64,000 nt of DNA from Bacteroidales bacterium (GCA_017630155.1 JAGBVU010000005.1:144342-208341); one strand, 5' to 3'; positions 8,698 through 19,794 are shown, counted from the first letter of the stretch. Numbers and translations: made by a program. The notes: generated from the letters alone by a model not told the origin.

Positions 8698-9621
8698 TTA
8701 CCTCCGTTTTTTTGCCCTTGGATGGGCGGTTAAAAATGTGTTTTTGAGCTGCTCGAAGGATGTGTGGGTGTAAACCTGTGTCGCCGCTAGCGACGAGTGC
8801 CCGAGCATCTCTTTTATGCTGTTAAGGTCAGCTCCGTGATTCATAAGATGTGTGGCAATCGAATGTCTCAGGACGTGGGGGGATTTTCTCCCCGAAAACC
8901 CTTCTAACCCACCGAGCTCCTCCTTTACCACTTTATCCACAAATCCGGGATAAACAGCTTTACCTTTGTCTGTTACAAAGAACATTCCATCTGTCCCCTC
9001 CGGAAACTCACCCTTAATTCTTTTCAAATATAATAAAATTTCCTCACAAATGGAAATCGGGACAGGAATTTCTCTCAATTTATCCCCTTTTCCCACTATT
9101 CTGAAAACTTTTCTCCCGCTGTCAAAGTCCCCCACCTTAAGGGATACTATTTCGCTCCGACGCATCCCCGTGCCGTACATCACCAGTACCATCATTTTAT
9201 TGCGCAGCATGTGGAAATCTCCTTCCTGGTCAGGAGGCTCGGCGAGGTACCCCTCCAATGCCCCTTCGGTGTAGAATTCGGGGAGTCTGGACCCCTCTTT
9301 AGGGCGGAAGACCCTCTTGGCCGGGTTGGATTCGAGGAGCGATGCTGTCATCAGATATGAGCAGTAGCTGCTCAGTGCTGAGAGGCGCAGGTTCATCGAA
9401 CGGGGGGAGAGCCCCGATTCAAGCCCATGGGCAATGAAACCGCGGATATTGTTCGTGGTGAGGGTCCCGATGAGTTCCTCCTCAGGGGTGATGGCGGGAT
9501 CTGCATCTGAAAGGATGAATGCGTAGAACTCCTCCAGCGCACTTTTGTACAGGGCTGATGTGCGTGGAGAGTACCTTTTCTGGACCCTTATGTATTCCAA
9601 AAATTTCTCTATACAATTCAT
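8698..9621 (-). CDS. Tyrosine recombinase, XerC/XerD family
   Basis: Phage-integrase fold catalytic residues (GMRRSE, HVLRHSIATHL, GHSSLAATQVYTH). It sits in an hpf/rpsU housekeeping context. Confidence 0.85.
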   Translation of the reverse strand: MNCIEKFLEYIRVQKRYSPRTSALYKSALEEFYAFILSDADPAITPEEELIGTLTTNNIRGFIAHGLESGLSPRSMNLRLSALSSYCSYLMTASLLESNPAKRVFRPKEGSRLPEFYTEGALEGYLAEPPDQEGDFHMLRNKMMVLVMYGTGMRRSEIVSLKVGDFDSGRKVFRIVGKGDKLREIPVPISICEEILLYLKRIKGEFPEGTDGMFFVTDKGKAVYPGFVDKVVKEELGGLEGFSGRKSPHVLRHSIATHLMNHGADLNSIKEMLGHSSLAATQVYTHTSFEQLKNTFLTAHPRAKKRR

Positions 9622-9656
9622 TTTTACCTCCCTATTGCAAATTTACAAAAAATATC

Positions 9657-9664
9657 TACCTTTG
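9657..9664 (+). promoter_or_regulatory. -7 box TACCTTTG for rpsU
   Basis: Matches TAnnTTTG, with an ATTG -33-like element about 20 nt upstream. The ATG is at 9697. Confidence 0.5.
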
Positions 9665-9696
9665 CAGTCCGAAAATAAAAAGGAGGTGGTAAAAAG

Positions 9697-9888
9697 ATGA
9701 TCATAGTACCGGTAAAAGAGGGCGAAAACATTGAGAAAGCGCTTAAGAAATTCAAACGTAAATTCGAGAAAACAGGTATCGTTCGCGAGCTTCGCGGAAG
9801 AAAAACCTTTGAGAAACCCTCTGTGAAGAAGAGAGCTCAGCTTCAGAAAGCTATCTACGTACAGCACCTTCATACTAACGAGGACTAA
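9697..9888 (+). CDS. rpsU: 30S ribosomal protein S21
   Basis: 63 aa: MIIVPVKEGENIEKALKKFKRKFEKTGIVRELR... Confidence 0.95.
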   Translation: MIIVPVKEGENIEKALKKFKRKFEKTGIVRELRGRKTFEKPSVKKRAQLQKAIYVQHLHTNED

Positions 9889-9908
9889 TTACGTACCAAT
9901 ACAAATAA

Positions 9909-9938
9909 AAACCGACTTCATCAGAAGCCGGTTTTTTT
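9909..9938 (+). terminator. Rho-independent terminator after rpsU
   Basis: Stem aaccgacttc / gaagccggtt followed by TTTTTTT. Confidence 0.7.
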
Positions 9939-9988
9939 GTTTCAGCTGTGTAGGTCATGTTTTTATGGGTGTGTAGAGAGGCTGAAAC

Positions 9989-11104
9989 CTATCTGTAGTG
10001 GCACTCGATCCAATAAGGTACTTTGAGAATGTCGTGCTCTTTGTGTTCGTCGCAAGTGGGGAAGAAGTTTTCAAGCATGCCGGGGAGGATCTTCAGACCG
10101 TTGCGGCTGTTGCATACATAGTGCATTATTCTGGCCTGCTTGCCCGGGTATATTACGAAGAAACTCTTGAATGTGCCGTTGTCTCCCCAGTGCCATAGTG
10201 CTCCGTCGTCTGTCAGTCCCACTCCAAGACCCCAACTGATAGGGAGGTCTTCATAGATTCTCCACTCACTGTCCTCCCTCTCGAACTGTGGGGTAATCAT
10301 CTCCTGGAATGTCTCATCGGAGAGATTTCCTCCATCTGCCAACTTCTCCAGGAATTTGACGTAGTCAGCAGCACAGGTCATGAGCGTGTAGCCTGAGTTT
10401 GCCCTTGGGTAGCGCACTACATCGACAGGTGTGCCGTCCTCCTTGTGCCCGACAGTCACCTGCCCCTCAAAGGAGTCTCTCCATCCGTACCAGGAGTTTG
10501 GCATCCCGAAAGGTTCGAATACATATTTGGTGGCCAGCTCGTTAAGGGTCATTCCTGTAAGGTGTTCAAGTGTGTGCTGCAGATATGCAAATCCTTCACC
10601 TGAGTAGGTGAACATCCCGGTGGAGTCGCTCTCTTCGTAAGGTTTTTTCTTGAATGTGATGGTGCTTGTGGGCCAGGCATCCGATGATGGTGATGCTGCC
10701 CAGTTCTTGAGCCCTGTGCGGTGTGAAAGGACGTGGCGCGCAGTGAGCATTCTGGCGTATATGCTGTCCTGCCCGGCAGCGAAGCGGCCGTTGTCATAGT
10801 ACTCCATAAGTGGAGTGTCAAGGTCAAACAGCCCTTCGTCGTAAAGGCTCATTGCGATGTATGAGAAGAGGACTTTGCTCAGTGATGCTGCCTGAAAAAC
10901 TGTAGTGTCTGCAATCCCTTCACCGTAGATGAAATAGCTCTCATTGAATTTGTTGGAGAGATTTTTTTCCTCTGCCAGAACTGCTTGTATCCCTGTGATT
11001 CCGTGCTTTTCCATAAGTGGCTGCAGGTCCATTTGTGTCTGGTCAGAACTTTTGCAACTGACCAATGTCAGGCAGAAAATCGAAATAAAAAGTGCTTTTC
11101 TCAT
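9989..11104 (-). CDS. Serine hydrolase / class C beta-lactamase-family lipoprotein
   Basis: Lipobox LVSC and an SxxK active-site motif (ASLSKV). Confidence 0.75.
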   Translation of the reverse strand: MRKALFISIFCLTLVSCKSSDQTQMDLQPLMEKHGITGIQAVLAEEKNLSNKFNESYFIYGEGIADTTVFQAASLSKVLFSYIAMSLYDEGLFDLDTPLMEYYDNGRFAAGQDSIYARMLTARHVLSHRTGLKNWAASPSSDAWPTSTITFKKKPYEESDSTGMFTYSGEGFAYLQHTLEHLTGMTLNELATKYVFEPFGMPNSWYGWRDSFEGQVTVGHKEDGTPVDVVRYPRANSGYTLMTCAADYVKFLEKLADGGNLSDETFQEMITPQFEREDSEWRIYEDLPISWGLGVGLTDDGALWHWGDNGTFKSFFVIYPGKQARIMHYVCNSRNGLKILPGMLENFFPTCDEHKEHDILKVPYWIECHYR

Positions 11105-11164
11105 AAAATTGGTTTTTATACTTCAAAAGTAGTGATTTTTTAGATACTTAATATATAAAAATGT

Positions 11165-11172
11165 TATCTTTG
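11165..11172 (+). promoter_or_regulatory. -7 box TATCTTTG for mutAB
   Basis: TAnnTTTG match 45 nt upstream of the mutA ATG. Confidence 0.4.
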
Positions 11173-11216
11173 CGTGATTAAAAGAAACACACTCATTTAT
11201 TAATAATCATAAAAAT

Positions 11217-13133
11217 ATGGCAGAAAAACTTTTTACTGAATTTCCAGCGGTCCCTACCGAGAAATGGGAAGAGGTAATTCTAAAAGACCTTAAATGTGCA
11301 GATCTAGAAGCTGCACGTGCCGCATACGAGAAAAAACTCGTATGGAAAACACAAGAGGGTTTCAGCGTTCGTCCATACTACCGTGCAGAGAATCTTGCAG
11401 AGCTTCCTCACGTAGGTTCAAACCCTGGAGCATTCCCTTATGTTAGAGGTACCAAACAAAACAATGACTGGTTCATCCACCACAGTGTATGCTGCTGCAC
11501 TTGCGACTATGCAAAAGCAAATGCTGAGGCTAAAGAGCTCCTTTCAAAAGGTATCGAGTCTGTAGGTTTCTACATGGATGGCTCTAAAGTTCAGACTGTA
11601 GCTGATTATGAAGTTCTTTTGAACGGTATCGATCTTGCTAAAGTTCCTGTAAGCTTCCAGGAGAGCTGTGTGAAATCTGTTGAGTCTCTTAAAAACTTCT
11701 TGGCTTATGCAGATTCTAAAGGTGTTGAGAAAGATGTTCTAAGAGCTACTTTCGATTTCAACCCTCTACACACTTTGACCACTAAAGGTTATTTCTGTGA
11801 AGAGTCATTTGCACTTCTTGCAGAGGCTGTTAAAGTGGCTGCTGACTATAAGAGAGTTAAAGTTATCGCTGTAGATGCTACCACATTCAACGGTTGTGGC
11901 GCTACTTCTACTCAGGAGCTTGCATTTGCTCTTGCTGAAGGTAGCGAATATCTTTCACGCTTGACCGAACTTGGTCTTGATGTTAAAGATGTGGCTAAGA
12001 AGATGACCTTCTGCTTCTCAGTAGGAAGCTCATATTTTATGGAGATCGCCAAATTCCGTGCTGCACGTATGTTGTGGGCTAACGTTGTTGACGCTTACGG
12101 TACAGATTCAGAGTGCGCTAAGAAGATGGAACTTCGTGCTACCACCAGCGAGTGGAACCAGACTGTTTACGATGCTTACGTAAATATGTTGAGAGTTACC
12201 ACTGAGGCTATGAGTGCTTCTATCGCAGGTGTTGACTATCTTGAGGTTCTTCCTTTCGACTACTCATTCAGAACACCTAACGAGTTCTCAAACCGTATCG
12301 CACGTAACGTACAGAGCATCCTTAAAGGTGAGTCTCACTTCGATAAAGTAGTAGACCCTTCTGCTGGTTCATACTATATCGAGACCCTTACCAACTCTAT
12401 CGCTAACTCTGCTTGGGCTCTATTCCGCTCAGTAGAAGAGGCTGGTGGTTATGTTGCTAAATTCAAAGAGGGCTTCATCCAATCAGAGATCAAGGCTGTG
12501 GCTGACAAGAAAGACAAAAACCTTGCAATGCGCAAAGATATCCTTCTTGGTTCTAACCAGTATCCTAACTTCCTTGAGAAAGCTGAAGATTGCATCACTA
12601 CAGATATCGTTTCAAGAGACGTTCTTACCTACAATGGTATCAAATTCGAAACTCCTGCATGCACTTGCGAGCAGGTAGCTGAGCCTTTGAAACCTTATCG
12701 TGGTTCACAGGTATTCGAGGCTATGCGTCTTGCAACTGACAGAAGCGAGAAACAGCCTATGGCATTCATGCTTACCTTCGGTAACTTGGCTATGTGCCGT
12801 GCAAGAGCACAGTTCTCATGCAACTTCTTCGCTACTGCAGGTATCAAAGTTGTGGACAACAACCGTTTCTCATCTGTAGAAGAGGGTGTTAAAGCTGCTC
12901 TTGAGGCTGGTGCTGACATCGTAGTGGCTTGTTCATCTGACGAAGAATATGCAGAAGCAGTTCCTCAGATCGCTGAACTTATCGGTGACAAAGCTATCGT
13001 AGTAGTAGCTGGTGCTCCTGCTTGCCAGGCAGAACTTGAAGAGAAAGGTATCAAGAATTTCATCAACGTGAAGAGCAACGTTCTTGAGACTTTGAAAGAC
13101 TACCAGGCTAAACTTGGTATTAAAGCACTTTAA
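11217..13133 (+). CDS. mutA: Methylmalonyl-CoA mutase small (beta) subunit
   Basis: 638 aa MCM-like TIM barrel plus a C-terminal Rossmann domain lacking the DxHxxG B12 motif, immediately upstream of the large subunit. Confidence 0.85.
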   Translation: MAEKLFTEFPAVPTEKWEEVILKDLKCADLEAARAAYEKKLVWKTQEGFSVRPYYRAENLAELPHVGSNPGAFPYVRGTKQNNDWFIHHSVCCCTCDYAKANAEAKELLSKGIESVGFYMDGSKVQTVADYEVLLNGIDLAKVPVSFQESCVKSVESLKNFLAYADSKGVEKDVLRATFDFNPLHTLTTKGYFCEESFALLAEAVKVAADYKRVKVIAVDATTFNGCGATSTQELAFALAEGSEYLSRLTELGLDVKDVAKKMTFCFSVGSSYFMEIAKFRAARMLWANVVDAYGTDSECAKKMELRATTSEWNQTVYDAYVNMLRVTTEAMSASIAGVDYLEVLPFDYSFRTPNEFSNRIARNVQSILKGESHFDKVVDPSAGSYYIETLTNSIANSAWALFRSVEEAGGYVAKFKEGFIQSEIKAVADKKDKNLAMRKDILLGSNQYPNFLEKAEDCITTDIVSRDVLTYNGIKFETPACTCEQVAEPLKPYRGSQVFEAMRLATDRSEKQPMAFMLTFGNLAMCRARAQFSCNFFATAGIKVVDNNRFSSVEEGVKAALEAGADIVVACSSDEEYAEAVPQIAELIGDKAIVVVAGAPACQAELEEKGIKNFINVKSNVLETLKDYQAKLGIKAL

Positions 13134-13158
13134 TAATCACCTGAAAAAATAATTTAAT

Positions 13159-15288
13159 ATGCGTCCTAATTTTAAAGATATCAAATATTGCGGAGCAGCC
13201 GCTTGCAAAGCTGAGGCTCCTGCACAGGAAACTTGGAAGACCCCTGAGCAAATCGACGTTAAAGGGATCTACACCGCTGAGGACCTAAATGGTATGGAGC
13301 ATCTGAATTATGCAGCAGGTGTCGCTCCTTTCCTTCGTGGACCTTACAGCACAATGTATGTACAAAAACCTTGGACTGTTCGTCAGTACGCAGGTTTCTC
13401 TACAGCTGAAGAGTCAAACGCTTTCTACCGCAGAAACTTGGCTGCCGGTCAGAAAGGTCTTTCTGTAGCATTTGACTTGGCTACACACCGTGGATACGAT
13501 GCTGACCACCCAAGGGTAGTTGGTGACGTAGGTAAAGCTGGTGTAAGTATCTGTAGCGTTGAGGATATGAAGGTTCTTTTCGACCAGATTCCTCTAAACA
13601 AAATGTCAGTTTCTATGACTATGAACGGTGCCGTTCTTCCTGTTATGGCATTCTACATCGTAGCAGGTCTTGAGCAAGGTGCCAAACTTGAAGAGATGGC
13701 TGGTACTATCCAGAACGACATCTTGAAAGAGTTCATGGTTCGTAACACTTACATCTATCCACCTGAGTTCTCAATGAGAATTATCGGCGATATCTTCGCT
13801 TATACTTCTAAATATATGCCTAAGTTCAACTCTATCTCTATCTCTGGTTACCACATGCAGGAAGCAGGTGCTACCAACGATATCGAGATGGCTTACACTT
13901 TGGCAGACGGTCTTGAGTATCTCCGTACTGGTGTTAAAGCCGGTATCGATGTAGATGCTTTCGCACCTCGTCTATCATTCTTCTGGGCTATCGGTATGAA
14001 CCACTTTATGGAGATTGCCAAGATGCGTGCTGCACGTATGATCTGGGCAAAACTTGTAAAACAGTTCAATCCTAAGAACCCTAAATCTCTATCACTAAGA
14101 ACACACTGCCAGACTTCAGGTTGGTCACTAACTGAGCAGGATCCTTTCAACAACGTAGCTCGTACTTGTATCGAGGCTATGGGTGCTGCACTTGGTCACA
14201 CTCAGTCACTTCACACCAACGCTCTTGATGAGGCTATCGCACTTCCTACCGACTTCTCAGCACGTATCGCACGTAACACCCAGATCTACATCCAGGAGGA
14301 GACCAACGTATGCCGTGGTATCGACCCTTGGGCTGGTTCATACTATGTAGAGACCCTTACCAAAGAACTTGCTGATAAAGCTTGGAAACTTATCCAGGAG
14401 GTTGAAGAACTTGGTGGTATGGCTAAAGCTATCGAGACAGGTATTCCTAAACTTCGTATCGAAGAGGCTGCTGCCCGTAAACAGGCTCGTATCGACTCAG
14501 GTATTGAGAAGATCATCGGTCTTAACGAGTACAGACTTGAGAAAGAGGATCCTATCGAGATCTTGGCAGTGGACAACACTAAAGTTCGTGAATCTCAGGT
14601 TAAGAGACTTCAGGAGCTTCGTGCTAACCGTGACAATGCAAAAGTTAAAGAGTGTCTTGCAGCTATCACTCACGCAGTGGAGACTAAGACCGGTAACCTT
14701 CTTGAGCTTGCTGTTGAGGCTGCTAAGAACAGAGCTACCCTTGGTGAAATCTCTGACGCTTGCGAAGCTGTAGTAGGCAGATATAAAGCAGTTATCCGTA
14801 TGAATACAGGTGTTTACTCATCAGAAGTTAAGAACGATTCAGAGTTCGAACAAGCTAAAGTTAAAGTAGCTGAATTCGCTAAGAAAGAGGGTCGTCAACC
14901 TCGTATCATGATCGCTAAACTTGGTCAGGACGGTCACGACCGTGGTGCTAAAGTGGTAGCTACCGGTTATGCTGACTGCGGTTTCGACGTGGATATGGGT
15001 CCTCTATTCCAGACTCCAGAAGAGGCTGCTAAACAGGCTGTTGAGAACGACGTACACGTAGTGGGTGTATCTTCACTTGCTGCTGGTCACTTGACACTTG
15101 TTCCTCAGATCGTTGCTGAGCTTGCTAAACTTGGCCGTGAAGACATCCTTGTAGTTTGTGGTGGTGTAATCCCTGCACAGGACTACGATGCACTTTACAA
15201 AGCCGGTGCAGCTGCTATCTTCGGTCCTGGTACAAAAGTAGCTTTGGCTGCTTCTACTATCGTTGACCTTTTGTCACAGAGATTCTAA
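13159..15288 (+). CDS. mutB: Methylmalonyl-CoA mutase large (alpha) subunit
   Basis: 709 aa with [10 protein letters not shown] and RQYAGFST motifs and the C-terminal B12-binding [11 protein letters not shown] (DxHxxG) motif. Confidence 0.95.
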   Translation: MRPNFKDIKYCGAAACKAEAPAQETWKTPEQIDVKGIYTAEDLNGMEHLNYAAGVAPFLRGPYSTMYVQKPWTVRQYAGFSTAEESNAFYRRNLAAGQKGLSVAFDLATHRGYDADHPRVVGDVGKAGVSICSVEDMKVLFDQIPLNKMSVSMTMNGAVLPVMAFYIVAGLEQGAKLEEMAGTIQNDILKEFMVRNTYIYPPEFSMRIIGDIFAYTSKYMPKFNSISISGYHMQEAGATNDIEMAYTLADGLEYLRTGVKAGIDVDAFAPRLSFFWAIGMNHFMEIAKMRAARMIWAKLVKQFNPKNPKSLSLRTHCQTSGWSLTEQDPFNNVARTCIEAMGAALGHTQSLHTNALDEAIALPTDFSARIARNTQIYIQEETNVCRGIDPWAGSYYVETLTKELADKAWKLIQEVEELGGMAKAIETGIPKLRIEEAAARKQARIDSGIEKIIGLNEYRLEKEDPIEILAVDNTKVRESQVKRLQELRANRDNAKVKECLAAITHAVETKTGNLLELAVEAAKNRATLGEISDACEAVVGRYKAVIRMNTGVYSSEVKNDSEFEQAKVKVAEFAKKEGRQPRIMIAKLGQDGHDRGAKVVATGYADCGFDVDMGPLFQTPEEAAKQAVENDVHVVGVSSLAAGHLTLVPQIVAELAKLGREDILVVCGGVIPAQDYDALYKAGAAAIFGPGTKVALAASTIVDLLSQRF

Positions 15289-15316
15289 TCTGATTAAGAT
15301 AGAATATAATAAAGTA

Positions 15317-15349
15317 AGAGGCCTTCAAATCTGAAGGCCTCTTTTTTAT
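15317..15349. terminator. Bidirectional hairpin terminator between convergent mutB and the nine-gene operon
   Basis: Stem agaggccttca / tgaaggcctct with A/T runs on both sides. Confidence 0.7.
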
Positions 15350-15351
15350 TA

Positions 15352-16644
15352 TTATATATTCTTGACAGCTTTTACTATCTCTTCTGCAGGGAGATCAGGG
15401 TCAAGGACCAGATGTGGTTTGGCGTAGACTATGTTCTGCTCTGATTTGGCAAGTTCTTCTCCGCCACCTGTTATATTGAGCATAATCACGTCTTCTTTGG
15501 ATACTTTCCCCTCTTTGACTGCAGCTGCAAGTGAGGCAACAGCGACAGCAGCAGCGTTGTGGATGTCGATACCCTCAAGTTCTGCAAACCTGGCTTTCCA
15601 CTGGTGAAGTTCATCGTTGGTCACTTTGAACATGTCACCGCCGGCGTCTTCCATAGCATCAAAAAGGCCACCTGCGATAGAGTAAGGCGGTTTCCTGTTG
15701 GAAAGGACCTTGGCATCTATCACTGCAGCAGCATTGCGTGCCTGATCGGGAGTCATATCGACCAGTTGTCTTGAATGGAGTTTCCACGAATCGTACATGA
15801 TGGTGAAAGGGTCGTTCTGTGAAGGGTAGAGTTTCATTTTGTGTGTGCCCCAACGGCCGTCTTCGATAAGTCTGAGGTTGTTCTCCCAGGCGGCAATGGT
15901 ACCTGTGCCGCTGCCGATGGCCTGGAAATATGCATCTGGTATCCTTCCGATAACCTCTACGGCAGAGAGGAGGGTAGTACCCATACCGTCACGACGTGCC
16001 ACATTCTTGGCACCACCTTCTGCCATAAAATCAGGATCTGTACACACTTTATCGGCAAGTGCTATGGCATCAAAATAGTCTGAACCTTTTGGGGAGGCTA
16101 TTATTTTAACACATTCATTGAGAGGCTCTGTGAACCAAAGGGCATTGATGTTGTCCTCAGGGATAGATATCAGGAGTGGGATGTTGTTCTCGGAGCACAC
16201 TTTGGCGAAGGCTCTCGCAGTGTTTCCTGCGGATGCCACTACCAGGGTCTTTTTGTTGTCGGCAGAGAGTCTTCCGCAGACAGAGTAGGCCTCTGTCTCC
16301 TTGAAGGAGCCGGTGGACATTCTTGCCCCCATCTTTGGCCACCAACCGGAGAAGGTGATATATAGATTCTCAAGTCCGAGTTCGGATGCAAGTGCAGTGC
16401 TTTTGTATGTCACAGGGGCGCATGAGCCTTTCAATGTCCTGCGTACAGGGAGCCAGCCTGCATATCTGTATAGCCCCTCAAGATCCTCTCGGGGTGTGTA
16501 TTGTTTCTCTTCATATTCTGCCTTTATGAGGCTTGGCTTTTCGCAATCGGGGTCTGCAAGAGACCATCCGGTATCTTCAAATTTATGTTTGTCTGCGAAG
16601 CAGACGAGTGTGTATCCGGTGGCTTTGAGTTCCATATCTTTCAA
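15352..16644 (-). CDS. Threonine-synthase-fold PLP enzyme, probable cysteate synthase
   Basis: Fold-type II PLP lysine motif (STGSFKETE) and a Gly-rich PLP loop (GSGTGT). The N-terminus does not look like canonical ThrC. The cysteate synthase call rests on family resemblance plus operon context and was not verified by HMM. Confidence 0.55.
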   Translation of the reverse strand: MKDMELKATGYTLVCFADKHKFEDTGWSLADPDCEKPSLIKAEYEEKQYTPREDLEGLYRYAGWLPVRRTLKGSCAPVTYKSTALASELGLENLYITFSGWWPKMGARMSTGSFKETEAYSVCGRLSADNKKTLVVASAGNTARAFAKVCSENNIPLLISIPEDNINALWFTEPLNECVKIIASPKGSDYFDAIALADKVCTDPDFMAEGGAKNVARRDGMGTTLLSAVEVIGRIPDAYFQAIGSGTGTIAAWENNLRLIEDGRWGTHKMKLYPSQNDPFTIMYDSWKLHSRQLVDMTPDQARNAAAVIDAKVLSNRKPPYSIAGGLFDAMEDAGGDMFKVTNDELHQWKARFAELEGIDIHNAAAVAVASLAAAVKEGKVSKEDVIMLNITGGGEELAKSEQNIVYAKPHLVLDPDLPAEEIVKAVKNI

Positions 16645-16650
16645 GTAGTT

Positions 16651-18462
16651 TTATTTCTTTTCAATTGATTGCAAGGCGACTTCTGCAATGTCGATTACAG
16701 GGATTGCCGAGTGCCTTTTGAATGTGTTTTTACAGAGTGGGCAGGCTGTCACTATGGCGTCGGGAGAGGCCACGGTGAGGTTGTTGAGTGCATTCTCTAT
16801 CAGCCTTTTCCTCTGTTCATCCCCCAGACTGAGGCTGCCGAGGCTACCGCCGCAACATATGCTCTCAGCTCCGTTCTTTGTCCCCTCGAGCAGTTCACCT
16901 GCAGCACGGATTATATCTCTTGGCTCCTCATATATACCGCACCCCCTTCCGAGCTCGCAAGGGTCGTGGTATGCAAATTTAATATCAGATTTTGATATAT
17001 CAATCCTCTTTTCAGAGATAAGTCTCTTGATATATTCGGTATGGTGCAGGATCTCTATACCCTCAAGTTTGTAGTTCTCTTTGAATATCCGGTAGCAGAT
17101 GGGACAACTCAATAGAAGGGTGGTGGCCCCTGATGCCATTATTATACTGGTGTTTTTCTCTATCATCTGCTGTGCTGCATCGCGGCGTCCGGCCATAAGC
17201 ATTGGCCTTCCGCAGCATATACCACCATTTTCGTCCATTATGGTGTAATCTTCCCCGGCTTTCTCCAAAATAGAGACAAGGGATCTCTTTATCGCTGGGG
17301 TGAGGTGTGTCATGCACCCGGCAAAATAGAGAATCTTGCCGCTTCCCTGAGGGATAAACTGCTTCCCGTCTATCGATGAGTAATCGGGTGTGAGATTATA
17401 TTTCCTAGTAGAACGCTGTGCTATCCTGAGTTTATCCCCCTCAACCCCTACAGGGCATACGGATGAGCATTTTCCGCAGAGGAGGCATTTGTCGCTTATC
17501 TGGTCGATTCTCTTTTTGTTGTTGCGTTTCAACTGCCTGTTGAGGTAGACTGTGGCATCCTTGATATTGGCCTTGGCTGCACTCAGAGGGCAGGCATCAA
17601 TGCACACACCGCAGCCCGGGCAAGAGTAGACTTGCAGTCTCGAAATTCCTTTGCGGGAGTATCTGATGGGGATACCTGCATTGCGCATAGGGATTAGGAG
17701 TATCTCAGCCGGGATGTGCATATATCTGCTGAAAGGGAGAATGAACATGAATACACCCAGTGCAATCGAGTATGCCCACCACACGGGGAGTGCCTGTGTA
17801 GGGTCGCTGTAGAATGAGTGGAGCAGGTGATTGAGTGTCTTGGTGAGGAAAGATCCGCCGCTTATATCAGCGGTGAACCCCTCTGCCAGGAGTCTCAGCG
17901 GGAAGATGCTCCACAATGAGTATAGTCCGATGAGGTCGGTGAGGCTTGGTCTGGTGGTCCTTCTCATCCCGAAAAGTAGGGAGTATGCCCTTTTGAGCAT
18001 AGCCAGAATGATTCCGCTAAGAATCATAAGGAGGAAGAAGTCCATCAGGAAGAAGAAGAATGATCCCGACATTGTGTGGTCTGTCACCGCGACGAAGTAT
18101 CTGAAGAATATAGGGTACCATATACGGTGAATCCTTTCTGGAGTATACAGGAATACCTCTATGTGACCTACCACTATTATCATGAACCATCCGAATGCGA
18201 TGCTGGAGTGCATATAGCCCAGGAGTTTGTTCCTCTTCCATAGTTTGACGTGGAAAAGGCAGTCACAGAACCACTCCTTGATATTTTTGGCCATTATCCT
18301 GGGGTTGATCAGGGAGAGGAAGAATTTTTTTCTGTCCCCAGGGGTCAGTTCGTATATCACCCTTATTGCCCCTCCGATGCACCAGACCAGGACAAAGGTC
18401 ATCCCCAGGACAAAGGGCATGATGAAGCTATTGAATCCCGACGGGTGAAGATAATCTACCAT
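16651..18462 (-). CDS. Membrane-anchored Fe-S oxidoreductase: NarI/DsrM/HdrE-like heme-b membrane domain fused to an HdrD/DsrK-like module
   Basis: N-terminal ~260 aa has about 6 TM helices with conserved His residues and the NarI-type motif PFSRYMHIP. This is followed by two CxxCxxCxxxCP ferredoxin motifs (CPGCGVCIDACP, CLLCGKCSSVCP) and two complete CCG domains (ICCGRP...SCPICY; ICCGGS...ACPLCK). Confidence 0.75.
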   Translation of the reverse strand: MVDYLHPSGFNSFIMPFVLGMTFVLVWCIGGAIRVIYELTPGDRKKFFLSLINPRIMAKNIKEWFCDCLFHVKLWKRNKLLGYMHSSIAFGWFMIIVVGHIEVFLYTPERIHRIWYPIFFRYFVAVTDHTMSGSFFFFLMDFFLLMILSGIILAMLKRAYSLLFGMRRTTRPSLTDLIGLYSLWSIFPLRLLAEGFTADISGGSFLTKTLNHLLHSFYSDPTQALPVWWAYSIALGVFMFILPFSRYMHIPAEILLIPMRNAGIPIRYSRKGISRLQVYSCPGCGVCIDACPLSAAKANIKDATVYLNRQLKRNNKKRIDQISDKCLLCGKCSSVCPVGVEGDKLRIAQRSTRKYNLTPDYSSIDGKQFIPQGSGKILYFAGCMTHLTPAIKRSLVSILEKAGEDYTIMDENGGICCGRPMLMAGRRDAAQQMIEKNTSIIMASGATTLLLSCPICYRIFKENYKLEGIEILHHTEYIKRLISEKRIDISKSDIKFAYHDPCELGRGCGIYEEPRDIIRAAGELLEGTKNGAESICCGGSLGSLSLGDEQRKRLIENALNNLTVASPDAIVTACPLCKNTFKRHSAIPVIDIAEVALQSIEKK

Positions 18463-18776
18463 AACTTGCTTATATTAAGGATTATACTGCGGGTATTTAT
18501 TCCGCGTGGGCACACCATTGTGCATTTCCCGCACAACATGCAGGCTGAGAGCATCTTGCGGACCTCCTCATTTCTTCCCCTCTGGAGGTTAAGGAGCACC
18601 TTCCTTACACTCATCCCGGTGTATCCGGCAGCTGTGCATGTAGCACTGCAGGAGCCGCACGCCATGCATCGGAGTGCATCGGGTTCGACCTCGGTAAGCT
18701 TGTTAAAAAATGTCCTGTCCACCTGATCCAAATTTATTGCGGAGCTGGGTGAAAGGGAAAATCCAAATTTATTCAT
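18456..18776 (-). CDS. Small 2x[4Fe-4S]-type ferredoxin-like protein
   Basis: 106 aa with CMACGSCSATC and CMLCGKCTMVCP. It overlaps both neighbours by 7-8 nt. Confidence 0.7.
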   Translation of the reverse strand: MNKFGFSLSPSSAINLDQVDRTFFNKLTEVEPDALRCMACGSCSATCTAAGYTGMSVRKVLLNLQRGRNEEVRKMLSACMLCGKCTMVCPRGINTRSIILNISKLW

Positions 18777-19794
18777 CTCTCTTGCCCCTTATTTGATAAT
18801 CAATCTCCAAAGCAGCAGAGCGTGCCTCTGCCAATGTCTCCGGGACCGTTTTGGGTCCGGTGCAGGCACCTGCATAGAAAACACCACCCCTTGGGGAGGA
18901 TGTTATGTCAGAGATATTGTTTGCACTCTGGAGGAAGTGGTCTGAATCGGTGGGGAGTGATATCATCGATGCCAGTTTGGTGCTGTCAGGGTTGCAAAGC
19001 ATGCCCGACATCAGGACAAGCAGGTCCAATGTCACCTTGATGGGTTTCCCCAGGAGTGTATCTTCTGCCTTGATTACCACCTTGCCATCTATATTCTCGC
19101 TCACCTCAGAGACCCTTCCTCTGATGAAATGGATCCCGTGATCCCTTTGGGCTTTGGTGTAGAAGTCCTCGAACTTCTTTCCGAAGAGTCTCAGGTCCAT
19201 ATAGAAGCAGTATATGTCTGCATTGGGGTGCATCTCTTTGAGTTCAATAGCCTGTTTGATGGCGGTGATGCAGCACACTTTTGAGCACTGTCCATTGCCG
19301 GCCTTCTCGTCACGGGATCCGACGCAGTGGACAAATCCCACTTTCTCCCTGGATGATTTGTCTATCCTATCATCTTTCGCACCATTGAACCATCTCTCCA
19401 GGTCGGAGTTTGTGATGACGTGGTTGTAGATGCCGTATCCGTACTCCTCTTTGCGGGAGGCTTCAAACATCTTGAACCCGGTGGTCATCAGTATATATTT
19501 GGTGTTGATGGTCACACCGTTGGAGAGGATTATGTTGTAACTGTCCCTCAGACGGTTCACCTGTGATATCTCTGTGTTGAGAAAGATGTTGGCCCCTTTG
19601 CTGTCGGCTGTAAGACGGTCAATGAGATCTTTGGCCGGAGTGAGGTCCGGGAAGAGCCTGTTCCACTCTGCCACATGGCCGCCAAGGTGGTCACTTTTCT
19701 CTATTATGATAGGGGTGTGGCCCATCCTGATGAGCTGCTTAGCAGCCTCCATACCAGCGATGCCACCACCTACTATTACTATTATATCCTTCAT
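18769..19794 (-). CDS. HdrA-like FAD-dependent Fe-S flavoprotein (short, sHdrA-sized)
   Basis: Dinucleotide fold GGGIAGMEAA. Exact HdrA cluster signature CxGxRDx7CSxxCC (CVGSRDEKAGNGQCSKVCC). Confidence 0.8.
   Translation of the reverse strand: MKDIIVIVGGGIAGMEAAKQLIRMGHTPIIIEKSDHLGGHVAEWNRLFPDLTPAKDLIDRLTADSKGANIFLNTEISQVNRLRDSYNIILSNGVTINTKYILMTTGFKMFEASRKEEYGYGIYNHVITNSDLERWFNGAKDDRIDKSSREKVGFVHCVGSRDEKAGNGQCSKVCCITAIKQAIELKEMHPNADIYCFYMDLRLFGKKFEDFYTKAQRDHGIHFIRGRVSEVSENIDGKVVIKAEDTLLGKPIKVTLDLLVLMSGMLCNPDSTKLASMISLPTDSDHFLQSANNISDITSSPRGGVFYAGACTGPKTVPETLAEARSAALEIDYQIRGKRDE

Noticed and set aside
8698-9621. Tyrosine recombinase as the integrase of a mobile element.
   Set aside because: It is embedded between hpf and rpsU with host-like composition. 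There are no flanking att-like repeats or cargo, and it is 15 kb or more from the accessory region. It is treated as a Xer-type housekeeping recombinase.
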